NCBI GenBank assembly: GCA_030696105.1
Contig: JAUYNJ010000001.1
Location: 66,747 to 130,746 of the forward strand
Reading direction: 5' to 3'
Source of the DNA: a bacterium
GTDB lineage: Bacteria; Patescibacteriota; Patescibacteriia; Patescibacteriales; UBA12465
DNA length: 64,000 nt
Notes under the pieces: generated by a model
What the model was told of the DNA's origin: nothing
Database searches by the model: none
The model's input: only the letters and a program-made list of their open reading frames with translations
Translations under genes and position numbers: made by a program
Shown: positions 36,318 to 46,580 of the stretch, piece after piece
How positions within the stretch are numbered: position 1 is the stretch's first letter
How the letters are laid out: every line of letters begins with the position of its first letter

Positions 36318-36653
36318 ATGGAAGCAGACAAACAGTTCCTCGAGATGATCGTAAAGAACATCGTCAGCAATCCGAACGACGTTTCTGTAGACCGCACCGT
36401 CGATGAAATGGGAGTTCTCTTAACTCTCAAAATCAATCCAGCGGATATGGGCTACGTAATCGGACGCAAAGGTCAGACCGCACAAGCGATCCGCACTCTG
36501 CTCAAGATTGTAGGCGCAAAGAATAATTCCCGCGTTAACCTCAAGATTTTTGACCCAGAAGGCGGCGCACGTCGCACCTCTCGTCCAACTGAGGAACGTG
36601 CTAACGAACTGGCTGAAGTTGATACCTCTGCCCTCGACGACTTAAACATCTAA
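36318..36653 (+). CDS. KH-domain RNA-binding protein (YlqC/UPF0109-like)
   Basis: VIGRKGQTAQAIRTLLK contains the KH GxxG motif. The position between rpsP and trmD is conserved. Confidence 0.8.
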   Translation: MEADKQFLEMIVKNIVSNPNDVSVDRTVDEMGVLLTLKINPADMGYVIGRKGQTAQAIRTLLKIVGAKNNSRVNLKIFDPEGGARRTSRPTEERANELAEVDTSALDDLNI

Positions 36654-36719
36654 TTTCACATCGAAAATAGCGAAAGGGCCGGATTTCCCAATCCGGCTTT
36701 TTTGTTATAAGATATTGTT

Positions 36720-37391
36720 ATGAAATTCAAACTACTTACAATCTTCCCCGACATTCTCGACTCCTATCTTAATGACAGCATCATCAACCGCGCTGTTTTT
36801 AAGAAAGCGATTAAACTCGAGAAATATAATCTACGTGATTGGACCACAGACCGTCATCGAACGGTTGACGACACTCCCTATGGTGGTGGGGCTGGGATGT
36901 TAATGAAAATTGAGCCGCTATATAAGGCGCTCAAAGACATTAACAAAAAGAGCAAAACTAATCCAAAGAAGCGTAAGATTGTCTTACTCTCAGCGAGTGG
37001 AAAAACGTGGACACAGAAATTAGCAAGGCAGTACTCTAAGCTCGATGAAGTTGTTTTTGTTTGTGGTCGCTATGAAGGTGTAGATGCACGTATTAAAAAA
37101 TTTATTGACGCTGAGATTTCTATTGGCGATTATGTTTTAACTGGGGGCGAATTACCGGCAATGGTAATGATTGATTCGATTACCCGTCTACTCCCCGGAG
37201 TGTTGGGTAACGCCGCGAGTATCGAGGAGGAGTCACATTCCGATGTTAACGTGCTTGAATACCCTCAATACACTCGCCCTGCCGTCTTTGAAGCGGAAGG
37301 TAAGAAATATAAAGTGCCAACCGTCCTCATGGAGGGTAACCACGCAAAGATTAAAGCCTGGCGTGATAAACAATTAAAAGCAAAGAAATAG
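36720..37391 (+). CDS. trmD: tRNA (guanine37-N1)-methyltransferase
   Basis: The product has FKLLTIFPD, DDTPYGGGAGMLM and GRYEGVDAR, and ends in a TAG stop. Confidence 0.9.
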   Translation: MKFKLLTIFPDILDSYLNDSIINRAVFKKAIKLEKYNLRDWTTDRHRTVDDTPYGGGAGMLMKIEPLYKALKDINKKSKTNPKKRKIVLLSASGKTWTQKLARQYSKLDEVVFVCGRYEGVDARIKKFIDAEISIGDYVLTGGELPAMVMIDSITRLLPGVLGNAASIEEESHSDVNVLEYPQYTRPAVFEAEGKKYKVPTVLMEGNHAKIKAWRDKQLKAKK

Positions 37392-37396
37392 ATATG

Positions 37397-37426
37397 AAAA
37401 AGACCTGTATTTACAGGCCTTTTTTA
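37397..37426. terminator. bidirectional intrinsic terminator
   Basis: aaaaaGACCTGTAtttACAGGCCtttttt lies between convergent genes. Confidence 0.6.
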
Positions 37427-37440
37427 AAAATCTTTTACGA

Positions 37441-37734
37441 CTACTTGGGCCTTGTCATCTTACGCCGCCCTTCGCCAAACTTCCATTCGTAAGCAGCACC
37501 ATTTTTGCCCTGCTGACGATACACGTTAAACTGATAACTAACCGAGTCGTTATACAGCATCGCTACCGTGTGGTAGTCGGGCACAAGGTATAAGTTGGTG
37601 ACAATTTTATCGCCAACTTTTAATTGCATAACTTCCTCACAATTACTCAACTTTGACAATTCACTTGCCAAGGCTTGGTTTGTGGGCCCACTGAGCGGCT
37701 GGACATACCAGCGCGTCTTTCTCTCCTTTTCCAT
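37441..37734 (-). CDS. hypothetical protein
   Basis: A 97-aa ORF with no motif I recognise. Confidence 0.35.
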   Translation of the reverse strand: MEKERKTRWYVQPLSGPTNQALASELSKLSNCEEVMQLKVGDKIVTNLYLVPDYHTVAMLYNDSVSYQFNVYRQQGKNGAAYEWKFGEGRRKMTRPK

Positions 37735-37752
37735 TTTTTCTCTCTTTCTTTT

Positions 37753-38778
37753 TTAATTAACAATAATAAATTTTTTTCCTTTTTTTATCAACTTACCCGG
37801 AAAGGCAAAGCCGGAAGCACGTTCGTGTCCGCCCCCACCGAGGGCTCTCGCGAGCTTATCGACGTTCACTCCATTTGCCGTACTGCGCAAACCGCCGCGA
37901 ATCATGCCATTACGGTCTTCGTGTAAAAGTAACACTGCTTTAGCGCCGGCCATGCTACTTAAAAAACCGGCAAGCCCGCTAAACAATTCACTTTCAGCGG
38001 CGACGTCAATGTCGGCAGTACCCAAAATTGCATCAATGTCTTCTCTTGAAATCACGCTCACAGCAATTTGATAGCGCGTGTTTAACTGCAGTCTTTCGAG
38101 GGCCAACCCCCACATCTTCACCATCGCCATATCCTTGTTACCAAGGGTGTAGCTGACAATTTTTGAATATCGAGCGCCGGCCTCAAGGGCGGCCGAGGCT
38201 ACTTTCATGGTCGAGTCCGTAGCAGAAGGATACAGGAAATTGCCGGTATCTGTCAAGATTCCAGTTAAGACACAATCCGCCATCTCCCGAGTAAATGGAA
38301 TTTTGTTCGCCATGATAAAATCATAGACTAGTTCAGCGGTCGATGATTTTGAGGGCTCTCTAATTTCTAAATCAGCGTAATCATCAATGTGGGGATGATG
38401 ATCGAATTCAATAATCTTGCCACCAGCCTCACGAAAAGCAAGGAGTTCTGACGACAAGGCGGTGCGACTAAAGGCACCACAGTCAGCGACAATCACGAGA
38501 TCAAAACGATCAATTAAGCCACCATCAAACTTACCTCTTTCACGTAAGGCTTCAATATTGTCATCAATTTCAGCAAAACCTGGAAGATAATCAAACAACT
38601 CGCTATTCTTACTTTGACTGAAAGCGAGACTGTCCTTCTCTAGCTGCTTAGCCACCAGCCGCAAGGCACACAACGAGGATAAGGCGTCACCATCGGGTCG
38701 CAGATGCGTCACAAAGAGCAGGCGCGAGGAGGCCTGCATCATTTGATACGCTTGTTTGAATTTATCATTAGTCAACAT
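37753..38778 (-). CDS. DHH-family phosphoesterase (NrnA-like oligoribonuclease / pAp phosphatase)
   Basis: The motifs HLRPDGDALSS, ADCG, DHH and a C-terminal GGGH (DHHA1) are present. Confidence 0.8.
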   Translation of the reverse strand: MLTNDKFKQAYQMMQASSRLLFVTHLRPDGDALSSLCALRLVAKQLEKDSLAFSQSKNSELFDYLPGFAEIDDNIEALRERGKFDGGLIDRFDLVIVADCGAFSRTALSSELLAFREAGGKIIEFDHHPHIDDYADLEIREPSKSSTAELVYDFIMANKIPFTREMADCVLTGILTDTGNFLYPSATDSTMKVASAALEAGARYSKIVSYTLGNKDMAMVKMWGLALERLQLNTRYQIAVSVISREDIDAILGTADIDVAAESELFSGLAGFLSSMAGAKAVLLLHEDRNGMIRGGLRSTANGVNVDKLARALGGGGHERASGFAFPGKLIKKGKKFIIVN

Positions 38779-38830
38779 AACTCCTTATTTTATCGGTAAT
38801 TACTGAAAAAGTCAAAACTATCACATAACA

Positions 38831-38860
38831 AAAAAACGACCTATTACATTGGGTCGTTTT
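38831..38860 (-). terminator. intrinsic terminator after rbfA
   Basis: On the minus strand, the AACGACC...GGTCGTT stem is followed by a T7 run. Confidence 0.6.
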
Positions 38861-38874
38861 CTATTTATTGGAAC

Positions 38875-39249
38875 TTATTTATCTTCAAGCGGTGTCTCGT
38901 CTAGGAAATTTTCATCATCCTCCTCGTCAATCTTATGAAAATACTCTTCTAGCACAGCGGCTTTTCTTTCAGTCGGATCAAAGTCCCAAAGTAACCTCGG
39001 CACTTTACGTAGTCTCGTCTTCTTAACAATTGCTGAAGCTAAACGACCAGAGGCGGCTTTCAATTTCTTAATGGCTGTTCCCGCTAATTTATCGGGCAAA
39101 ACAGAAACTGTCACCTTAGCAAACTGAAGATCAGGAGTAACTGAAACAAAAGCAACAGTAATTAAGCCATCCGGAAAATCTACCTCCTGGCCGATGGCGG
39201 CCGCTAACTCGCGGTGCAGTAATTCATTTAATTGATCAACTTTAGACAT
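38875..39249 (-). CDS. rbfA: ribosome-binding factor A
   Basis: The size fits, the gene sits immediately downstream of infB, and it carries the motif ITVAFVSVTPDLQFAKV. Confidence 0.8.
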   Translation of the reverse strand: MSKVDQLNELLHRELAAAIGQEVDFPDGLITVAFVSVTPDLQFAKVTVSVLPDKLAGTAIKKLKAASGRLASAIVKKTRLRKVPRLLWDFDPTERKAAVLEEYFHKIDEEDDENFLDETPLEDK

Positions 39250-39261
39250 TAATATTTTAAA

Positions 39262-41244
39262 TTATATTTTTACAATCTTCTTTTCTTCGCGGTAGAATTC
39301 AAGAATATCACCCTCAAGAATGAGCGGTCGGCCCTCGAACTTCATGCCACACTCTTCGCCCTCCTCGACAAATTTTACCTCTTGTTTAGCGGATTGTAGG
39401 CTACTAATTTTACCAGTAGTAATAAACTCTTCACCTCGCCACACATTGACCGTCGCATTATTCTCCGGAGAACCAGAAATAACTTTACCCCCGACAATCT
39501 GATGCTGTTTGTCGGTGCGGAAAATTGCGAGCACCTTTAATTTACCTAAATCAATACGTGTAATCTCAACCGGCACCATCTTCTGCATCTCTTCCTTTAC
39601 GTACTTAATCAAATCGTAGATGATAGTAAATGATTTAACCGTTATATTCTGGGTACGAGCGACGTTTTCGACTGGAGCGGGCATTTTAGTGTTAAAGCAG
39701 ATAATTTGTGCGCCTGAATCTTGCGCGCGCTTAATGTCGCCCTCAGTAACGTTACCGAGTCCTTTATAGATAATCTTTACTTTAACTATTTCCGTATTAA
39801 TTTTCATTAAAGATTCCTCAATTGCTTCAGCTGAACCTAAGAAATCGCTTTTAATTAAAACATTCACTTTCGGGATATTCTCGTCAGCATTATCCTGTTG
39901 TGCGATGGACATGATTTTTTCCTTCTTGATATCCGCGCTTTTTATTTTACGCATTTTTACCTTCTTGCCCTCACCAACATAAAGAATATCGCCGACAGAG
40001 GGTGAGATTTTAAGGCCTAAAATCTTTACCGGCACCGATGGTCCGGCCAACAAAATGCTTTCACCTTTATGATTCTTCAAGGCTTTCACTTTGCCGTAAA
40101 CAATATCTTCAAAGCAAAGCTGATCACCTACTCTTAAGGTACCATTTTGAATTAAGATAGTAGCTACCGGCCCAGCGGTCTTATCGACATTTGACTCAAC
40201 CACGGTGCCAGCCGCTTCGGCATTCGGATTTGCGCGCAAAGAATCGCCCAACTCAGTATCAGCCGTAAGCAAAACCATATCAAGTAAATCTTCAATGCCG
40301 GTGCCTTCTTTCGCTGAAATCGGAGCACAAATTGTTTTTCCACCCCATTCTTCTGGAGTAATATTTAATTGTGTCGCCAAGTCTTGCAGGGTGCGAGTAA
40401 CGTCGGCATCTTCTTTATCAATTTTATTAATCGCCACGAGAAATGGTAATTTTGCGGCTTCGATAATACGGAAGGCTTCAACTGTCTGTGGCTTTACACC
40501 ATCATCAGCGGCAACAACTAAAATAGCGACGTCCGCGACCTTAGCGCCACGACTTCTCATCGCAGTAAAAGCTTCGTGTCCGGGAGTATCAATGAAAGTG
40601 AGGCGACGATCCTTACGGGTCACCTGATAAGCACCAATATGCTGAGTAATGCCACCTGCTTCCCCGGCAACAACGTCGGTTAAACGAATCGAGTCGAGTA
40701 GTTTCGTCTTACCATGGTCAACGTGCCCCATGACAACTATTACGGGAGAGCGAACCTCCATGTCTTCCGGTTTTTCTAAATCTAAAATATCCTGGAGCTT
40801 CTTTTCTTCAACCTCACCGTCATCTTCCTCTTCCGCCATTAATTGGACATCAAGATTTAGGTCAGTACCAATAATTGAAGCCGTATCAAAGTCAATTTTT
40901 TCATTAATAGAGGCAAATACACCATTTTTAATTAATTCTGTCAAAAGACGATTCACTGGAATTTGTGAAACTTCCGCTAATGCCCTAACGGTAATGACTG
41001 AAGGGATATGAATGGTCTTTCTTTCTTTAGGCAAAATAGCCTCGTCACGCATTTTTGCGCGCTCAACTGCCTTGCGTTGTTCCCATTGACGTCTAAAAGC
41101 GGGCCAATTTTTAATGATTTTCTTGGCAGTATTATTATCAACCTTAATTGCCTTCTGACCGATAGCAAAACCTAGTTCAGGCAACAGGTCGCGCAATTCC
41201 TGAGGGGAAATGCGTAATATTCGTGCTAATTCTGTTATATTCAT
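39262..41244 (-). CDS. infB: translation initiation factor IF-2
   Basis: The GTPase motifs VVVMGHVDHGKTKLLD, DTPGH and NKID are present, along with C-terminal IF-2 domains. Confidence 0.95.
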   Translation of the reverse strand: MNITELARILRISPQELRDLLPELGFAIGQKAIKVDNNTAKKIIKNWPAFRRQWEQRKAVERAKMRDEAILPKERKTIHIPSVITVRALAEVSQIPVNRLLTELIKNGVFASINEKIDFDTASIIGTDLNLDVQLMAEEEDDGEVEEKKLQDILDLEKPEDMEVRSPVIVVMGHVDHGKTKLLDSIRLTDVVAGEAGGITQHIGAYQVTRKDRRLTFIDTPGHEAFTAMRSRGAKVADVAILVVAADDGVKPQTVEAFRIIEAAKLPFLVAINKIDKEDADVTRTLQDLATQLNITPEEWGGKTICAPISAKEGTGIEDLLDMVLLTADTELGDSLRANPNAEAAGTVVESNVDKTAGPVATILIQNGTLRVGDQLCFEDIVYGKVKALKNHKGESILLAGPSVPVKILGLKISPSVGDILYVGEGKKVKMRKIKSADIKKEKIMSIAQQDNADENIPKVNVLIKSDFLGSAEAIEESLMKINTEIVKVKIIYKGLGNVTEGDIKRAQDSGAQIICFNTKMPAPVENVARTQNITVKSFTIIYDLIKYVKEEMQKMVPVEITRIDLGKLKVLAIFRTDKQHQIVGGKVISGSPENNATVNVWRGEEFITTGKISSLQSAKQEVKFVEEGEECGMKFEGRPLILEGDILEFYREEKKIVKI

Positions 41245-41622
41245 AGAAAATTTAAAAAAAGGCTTTATTTGTGAGACTTTTTATTGATTATTTTTTAATA
41301 TTACTTTATTTTTTTCCTTTAGTCAACAAATTAATGGCATTTTTTACTTTACAAACCAAAAATTACTTGCTAAAATAATTACTAATATTACTAAAGCAAT
41401 TATTTAATAAACTGTAATTCAAGCCGAGCGCGGTTGCCAGCGGATAGAATTCGTACCGCATAAGACACCGCCCCACTGATTCAATATTTATCTTATATTA
41501 CAACACTACCGATGACCCACAGTAAAACATCACATTTACACACATATCACCCAAAATCCTTAATATAAGGGAACTTTTTGAATTAATGCCGCCCGCTTAC
41601 TTGTCTTCCAGTATTCACTTGT

Positions 41623-43137
41623 ATGGAATACGTAATCGCCGCTATCCTCGCCGTGGGTGCTTTTTTTGGAGGTGCTTGGTACCGACAGAAAAAAACCAGC
41701 CAACAGGCGAGCAACGCACAGAGTAAAGCCGAATCGATCTTAAATGACGCTAAGAGCAAAGAGAAAGAGTTACTTTTGAAAGCTCAGGATAAGGCCCTTA
41801 AAATCATCGACGAAGCCAAGAATGAAGAAAGTCAACGCCGTAAGGAAATTAATGGCCTACAAAGCCGATTAGAGCAGAGAGAGAATTCATTTTCTCAAAA
41901 GTTAATCGACTTACAAGAGAAACAGCAGAAATTATACGATAAGGTTAATGAAGTTCAAGAAATCAAGGAACGCATCAAGGCTATTAAAGAAGAGCAGATG
42001 CAAAAACTGGAAGAAGTCGCAAAGATGAATCAAGATGACGCGAAGAACCTACTTCTTAAAAACGTTGAAGAAAAAGCTGAAGAAGATTTACTTATACGCA
42101 TCAAGAAGTTAGAAAACGATACTAGTGATACTTTACAAGAGAAAGCAAAGGATATCATGGCGCTCGCTATGCAGCGCATGGTTTCCTCATATACAGTTGA
42201 ACTGACAACTACTACCATCGATTTACCCAACGATGAAATGAAAGGACGCATTATTGGTCGCGAAGGACGTAATATTAAAGCAATTGAACAATTGACTGGC
42301 ATTGAAATCATTGTTGATGACACGCCAAACGCAATTACCGTCTCCGGCTTCTCACTTATCCGCCGCCACATCGCCAAAAAGACTCTTGATTATTTAATTA
42401 AAGACGGACGCATCCACCCCACCAAAATTGAAGATGCTGTCGAGATGGCCAAGAAAGAATTAGCTGTTGATATCAAGAAGGCTGGTGAAGAGGCAATGTA
42501 CGAAGTTGGTGTTACTGGCTTCGATCCTAAATTAGTTCAGATTCTCGGTAGATTAAAATATCGTACTAGCTACGGACAAAATACCCTCAGTCACTCCATT
42601 GAAGTTGCCCACCTCGCCGCAATGCTCGCAGAAGAGTTAGGTGCCGACGTTACCCTGGCGAAGAAAGGCGGCCTCCTCCATGATATTGGCAAAGCCGTTG
42701 ACCACGAAGTTCAAGGTAATCACACTGAAATCGGTCGCGACATCGCTAAGAAGTTCAATTTACCACCAGAAATTATCGCTCCTATTGAAACTCATCACGA
42801 GGATCAACCATCTGGCCTCATCGCCGTCATCGTCAAAGTCGCCGATGCCATTTCCTCTGCTCGACCAGGCGCCCGTAGCGATAGTCATGAAAATTATATT
42901 CAGCGCTTACAGGAACTTGAAAAAATCGCCACCGGCTTTGAAGGCATCGAAAGAGCCTACGCCATTCAGGCGGGTCGTGAAGTACGTGTCTTCGTTAAAC
43001 CAGATGCAATTGACGACATCAAGGCTCATAATTTAGCTAGGGATATTGCTAAAAAGATTGAAACAGAGTTAAAATATCCTGGAGAGATTAAGATCAACGT
43101 TATCCGGGAAACCAGGGTAACTGAATACGCCAGATAA
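41623..43137 (+). CDS. rny: ribonuclease Y
   Basis: The layout is an N-terminal TM helix, a coiled coil, a KH domain (GRIIGREGRNIKA) and an HD domain (LLHDIGKAV). Confidence 0.9.
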   Translation: MEYVIAAILAVGAFFGGAWYRQKKTSQQASNAQSKAESILNDAKSKEKELLLKAQDKALKIIDEAKNEESQRRKEINGLQSRLEQRENSFSQKLIDLQEKQQKLYDKVNEVQEIKERIKAIKEEQMQKLEEVAKMNQDDAKNLLLKNVEEKAEEDLLIRIKKLENDTSDTLQEKAKDIMALAMQRMVSSYTVELTTTTIDLPNDEMKGRIIGREGRNIKAIEQLTGIEIIVDDTPNAITVSGFSLIRRHIAKKTLDYLIKDGRIHPTKIEDAVEMAKKELAVDIKKAGEEAMYEVGVTGFDPKLVQILGRLKYRTSYGQNTLSHSIEVAHLAAMLAEELGADVTLAKKGGLLHDIGKAVDHEVQGNHTEIGRDIAKKFNLPPEIIAPIETHHEDQPSGLIAVIVKVADAISSARPGARSDSHENYIQRLQELEKIATGFEGIERAYAIQAGREVRVFVKPDAIDDIKAHNLARDIAKKIETELKYPGEIKINVIRETRVTEYAR

Positions 43138-43183
43138 TTATAATTAACGTCCCCCGCTTCCTTGAAGCAGTGACGCCAAATAT

Positions 43184-43471
43184 ATGAATAAAGCGCAACT
43201 CATCGACAAGCTCTATCGCGAAGTAGAGGGCTTGAACAAAAGACAAGCAGAGAAAATGATTGATGTTCTTACCGACACGATTATCGAAGAGCTTAAGAAT
43301 GACCGCGAAGTCACAATCACCGGCTTCGGTACCTTTCTCTCTCGAGTGCGGTACTCCCGCGGCGGTGTAAATCCTCAGAATCCGAAGGAGAGGATTACTA
43401 TTCCGGCTGTGAAAGTGGCTAAGTTCAAGACTGGCTACAATCTTAAGCAGGCGCTTAAAGGAAAGCGATAA
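43184..43471 (+). CDS. hup: HU family DNA-binding protein
   Basis: MNKAQLIDKL...ITGFGTF...R.GVNPQNPKERITIPA matches the HU/IHF signature. Confidence 0.9.
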   Translation: MNKAQLIDKLYREVEGLNKRQAEKMIDVLTDTIIEELKNDREVTITGFGTFLSRVRYSRGGVNPQNPKERITIPAVKVAKFKTGYNLKQALKGKR

Positions 43472-43543
43472 ACAACATATATACATTTTTACTTGGCTTG
43501 CTCGGGTGACGGCATCCGAGCAAGCCTTGTGACTTTGTAAAGA

Positions 43544-43617
43544 GCTCCGGTAGCTCAATTGGATAGAGCGTGTGGCTTCGGACCACAAGGTTAGAGGTTC
43601 GAGTCCTCTCCGGAGCA
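43544..43617 (+). tRNA. tRNA-Arg (anticodon TCG)
   Basis: A manual cloverleaf fits: GCTCCGG...CCGGAGC acceptor, anticodon loop CTTCGGA. Confidence 0.85.
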
Positions 43618-43658
43618 CTGCGTAAAACGCGCTTTTTTATTATATTTACGCCGCACCC

Positions 43659-43687
43659 TTGACTCTTCTCACTTAGATAAATATAAT
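43659..43687 (+). promoter_or_regulatory. sigma70-like promoter TTGACT-17-TATAAT upstream of tRNA-Met/tRNA-Lys/adk
   Basis: Both hexamers and the spacing were read directly from the sequence. Confidence 0.5.
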
Positions 43688-43773
43688 AGATTTTGTGTGA
43701 CTCGCGGCTGGGTAGCCGTTAAAAAAATGGCTGGGTATCCGCCCTAGGCGGAGTAGCACCCGATTTACAAAAT

Positions 43774-43847
43774 GGCTGGGTAGCTCAGCTGGTTAGAGCG
43801 TAGCACTCATAACGCTAAGGTCGAGGGTTCGAGCCCCTCCCCAGCCA
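43774..43847 (+). tRNA. tRNA with CAT anticodon (elongator Met, or Ile2 if lysidine-modified)
   Basis: GGCTGGG...CCCAGCC acceptor, anticodon loop CTCATAA. There is no C1:A72 mismatch, so it is not an initiator. Confidence 0.8.
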
Positions 43848-43877
43848 CATTTTAACAACTTGTTGTTAGCATTTATT

Positions 43878-43950
43878 GCGCCTATAGCTCAGCTGGTAGA
43901 GCAGCTCCCTCTTAAGGAGACGGTCGTGGGTTCGAATCCCTCTGGGCGCA
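43878..43950 (+). tRNA. tRNA-Lys (anticodon CTT)
   Basis: The acceptor GCGCCTA/TGGGCGC has one G.U pair and the anticodon loop is CTCTTAA. The T stem has one mismatch. Confidence 0.8.
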
Positions 43951-43982
43951 CTTTGTCTGTCGTTCATTCTTTAATACATTCT

Positions 43983-44537
43983 ATGCTTAATTATATTATT
44001 TTCGGACCGCCGGGAGCCGGCAAAGGCACGCAAGCCCAAAAACTTGCTGCTAAACTAAATTTAACGCACATCTCTACTGGAGCGCTGTTGCGGGAAGAAA
44101 TTTCCCAAGGAACAGAAATTGGTCAAAGGGTGCACGAGGTGATAGCACGAGGAGAACTGGTCGACGATGAAATCGTTGATTCGTTAATTAAAGATAAAGT
44201 ACAACACGGTAATGAGGCCGGTTTTATTTTTGATGGCTATCCTCGCACTATCAATCAAGCAAAAAGTCTTGATGCACTCCTTGCCGCAAAGGCTCTCCCG
44301 TTGACATTAAACTTGGAGGTAAGTGCAGATGAGTTAGCAAAGCGTTTAGCTTTGCGTGGACTTCAATCCGGACGTTCTGATGATAATGAAGCAACGATAA
44401 AAAATCGTTTGTTGGCTTACGCGCGACAGACCGAACCATTGCTCGATTTTTATGCCGACCATAAACGCTTGATCAGCGTTCCCGGCGAAGGAACAATGGA
44501 CGATGTCTATATGCGCCTCGAAAAAGAAGTCAGTTAA
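43983..44537 (+). CDS. adk: adenylate kinase (short-lid form)
   Basis: The product starts MLNYIIFGPPGAGKGTQAQKLA. Start set at ATG 43983, because the track ORF start at 43860 reads through tRNA-Lys. Confidence 0.9.
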   Translation: MLNYIIFGPPGAGKGTQAQKLAAKLNLTHISTGALLREEISQGTEIGQRVHEVIARGELVDDEIVDSLIKDKVQHGNEAGFIFDGYPRTINQAKSLDALLAAKALPLTLNLEVSADELAKRLALRGLQSGRSDDNEATIKNRLLAYARQTEPLLDFYADHKRLISVPGEGTMDDVYMRLEKEVS

Positions 44538-44552
44538 ATAAGCATATATACT

Positions 44553-44582
44553 AAAAAGCCCGCTAAAAAGCGGGCTTTTTGG
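44553..44582. terminator. bidirectional intrinsic terminator
   Basis: aaaaAGCCCGCtaaaaaGCGGGCTttttt. Confidence 0.7.
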
Positions 44583-44596
44583 TTATTGAAGTTTTG

Positions 44597-44821
44597 TTAT
44601 TTCTTTAATGCTCTTCGTCCCTTCATTAAATAAGCTGTAAAGGCGATGGGAAATACTAACCAAGCGAGAATGAAGAAGAAGCTTGGAATAAGTTGAATTA
44701 ATTTGATATTAAACCAATTAACATCGTAAACTAAGCCAACGACGATAAAGTAAACGTAAAAAGTTAAAGGAATATAGGCAAAGATAACAATGCCAATTAA
44801 GGCAGCTCGCGCTATTTTCAT
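44597..44821 (-). CDS. small membrane protein, unknown function
   Basis: A 74-aa product with two hydrophobic helices, located downstream of recA. Confidence 0.4.
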   Translation of the reverse strand: MKIARAALIGIVIFAYIPLTFYVYFIVVGLVYDVNWFNIKLIQLIPSFFFILAWLVFPIAFTAYLMKGRRALKK

Positions 44822-44834
44822 AAAAACTTATTAA

Positions 44835-45980
44835 TTACTTCTTACCTCCGCCAGCCGTTTCTACCTCTTTGCTTTTTACTTCCGTAATAATTGCTTTACG
44901 AATTTCTGCCGTCAACTTCTTATCTTCCTTAATCATCTTCTTCGCGGTTTCACGGCCAACACCAAGCTTGAGGTCGCCAAATGAATAAGAATTACCGTTC
45001 TTCTTAATGACATCGTAAGTAATACCGGTATCAATTAAATCGCCGGCAACGGAAATGCCTTCATTATACATAATATCAAATTCGCAAGTGCGGAAAGGAG
45101 CAGCAACTTTATTTTTAACAATTTTTACCTTCACACGGTTGCCGATAATACCTTCACCCTGCTTAATTTGAGCGGCGCGACGAACTTCGACACGAACTGA
45201 GCAATAGAATTTTAAAGCATTACCACCTGAAGTTGTTTCCGGGTTGCCGAAGAAAACTCCAATCTTATTTCTAATTTGATTAATGAAAATAACACTGGTC
45301 TTCGTCTTCGCAATAATACCGGTCAATTTACGAAGAGCCTGACTCATTAAACGCGCCTGCAGACCCATGTGCTGATCGCCCATGTCGCCTTCAATTTCTT
45401 TCTGTGGCACAAGCGCGGCCACGCTGTCAACGACGATTACGTCAACCGCGTTAGAGCGAACGAGAGTTTCAACAATTTCTAAAGCTTGCTCACCAGAATC
45501 AGGTTGGGAAATCAATAATTCATTAACGTTAACACCGATTTTCGCAGCGTAGTCAGGATCAAGGGCGTGCTCAGCGTCAACGAAGGCGGCGATGCCACCA
45601 ATTTTTTGCACTTCAGCCACAATGTGCTGTGCGAGTGTTGTTTTACCAGAGGATTCCGGTCCATAAATTTCAATGACACGTCCGCGAGGAACACCGCCAA
45701 TACCAAAAGCAATATCAAGTGAAAGACAACCAGTGGAAATCGCGTCAACATTTGTTTTACGCACGTCACCGAATTTCATAATTGCGCCATCACCGAATTT
45801 TGATTTAATTTGCGCGATAGCATCTTGTGCTGCGCCAGCCTTATGCTCGTGAGCAGCGGCGGCGGCAGTAGCGGCCAAGGACTTTGTAGTCTCGTCCTTA
45901 ACCTCTACAATCTTTTTTTCTTTAGACATAAGTATAGCGCCGGGAGCGGCAGATTCTTCAGCCAATCGCACGACGCGCAT
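44835..45980 (-). CDS. recA: recombinase RecA (with N-terminal extension; alternative start at 45929)
   Basis: Walker A ([11 protein letters not shown]), FVDAEHALD and [12 protein letters not shown] are present. Confidence 0.95.
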   Translation of the reverse strand: MRVVRLAEESAAPGAILMSKEKKIVEVKDETTKSLAATAAAAAHEHKAGAAQDAIAQIKSKFGDGAIMKFGDVRKTNVDAISTGCLSLDIAFGIGGVPRGRVIEIYGPESSGKTTLAQHIVAEVQKIGGIAAFVDAEHALDPDYAAKIGVNVNELLISQPDSGEQALEIVETLVRSNAVDVIVVDSVAALVPQKEIEGDMGDQHMGLQARLMSQALRKLTGIIAKTKTSVIFINQIRNKIGVFFGNPETTSGGNALKFYCSVRVEVRRAAQIKQGEGIIGNRVKVKIVKNKVAAPFRTCEFDIMYNEGISVAGDLIDTGITYDVIKKNGNSYSFGDLKLGVGRETAKKMIKEDKKLTAEIRKAIITEVKSKEVETAGGGKK

Positions 45981-46105
45981 TATTTATTAATAAGTTTAGC
46001 TTAGCACATCGCTCCTAAATTATATTTAACCGACGGCTAAACAATTACTAGCGACTATCTGATTATACTATAAAAACACTGTTATTAACAGTAAACATGG
46101 GCTGA

Positions 46106-46576
46106 TTATTGATTATTGCTCTTGACCTGTAGCCAGTAAAATGAGAAAAAATCCTTTAAGCCCCGATTATAGAGCTTAGCGTCAAGATATCGCTCCGGCG
46201 CCTCCGCAAAGATGCCGCTCACAAAGCCCATAAAGCCCTCACTTGGCGCTGACGACTGTATTGGGGCTGCTGTTTGCTTAATGGTGTTGATGGCTTCACC
46301 GGCCATCGCCTGCGCAACTGCCCTATCGGCAAAAATGTCTACATTATCAACAGCAATTATAGCCACCTCCTCACGCACGCCCGCGGCCATCGAGCTGGAA
46401 GAGGGTGATGCTAAGCGAGCAATAGCCTCAATTAAACTCCAGGCCTTACCCGCTGTGTTCGCGGTGGCAACGAATGGCTCAGGCTTTTCCTCCTCACCCG
46501 AAAACCAGACCGCAGAGAAAGCAGCCAGAAATAGAAATATGGCGAGTGTTAGAATTTGCGTAATCGCGCGGCGCAT
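46106..46576 (-). CDS. membrane-anchored hypothetical protein
   Basis: It has an N-terminal TM helix and lies downstream of the EndoQ-like gene on the same strand. Confidence 0.4.
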   Translation of the reverse strand: MRRAITQILTLAIFLFLAAFSAVWFSGEEEKPEPFVATANTAGKAWSLIEAIARLASPSSSSMAAGVREEVAIIAVDNVDIFADRAVAQAMAGEAINTIKQTAAPIQSSAPSEGFMGFVSGIFAEAPERYLDAKLYNRGLKDFFSFYWLQVKSNNQ

Positions 46577-46580
46577 AATG

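Noticed and set aside
41245-41622. Possible small RNA or riboswitch in the 380-bp infB/rny divergent intergenic region
   Set aside because: The region is AT-rich and I could identify no convincing conserved motif, stable stem or terminator. It most likely holds only divergent promoters.
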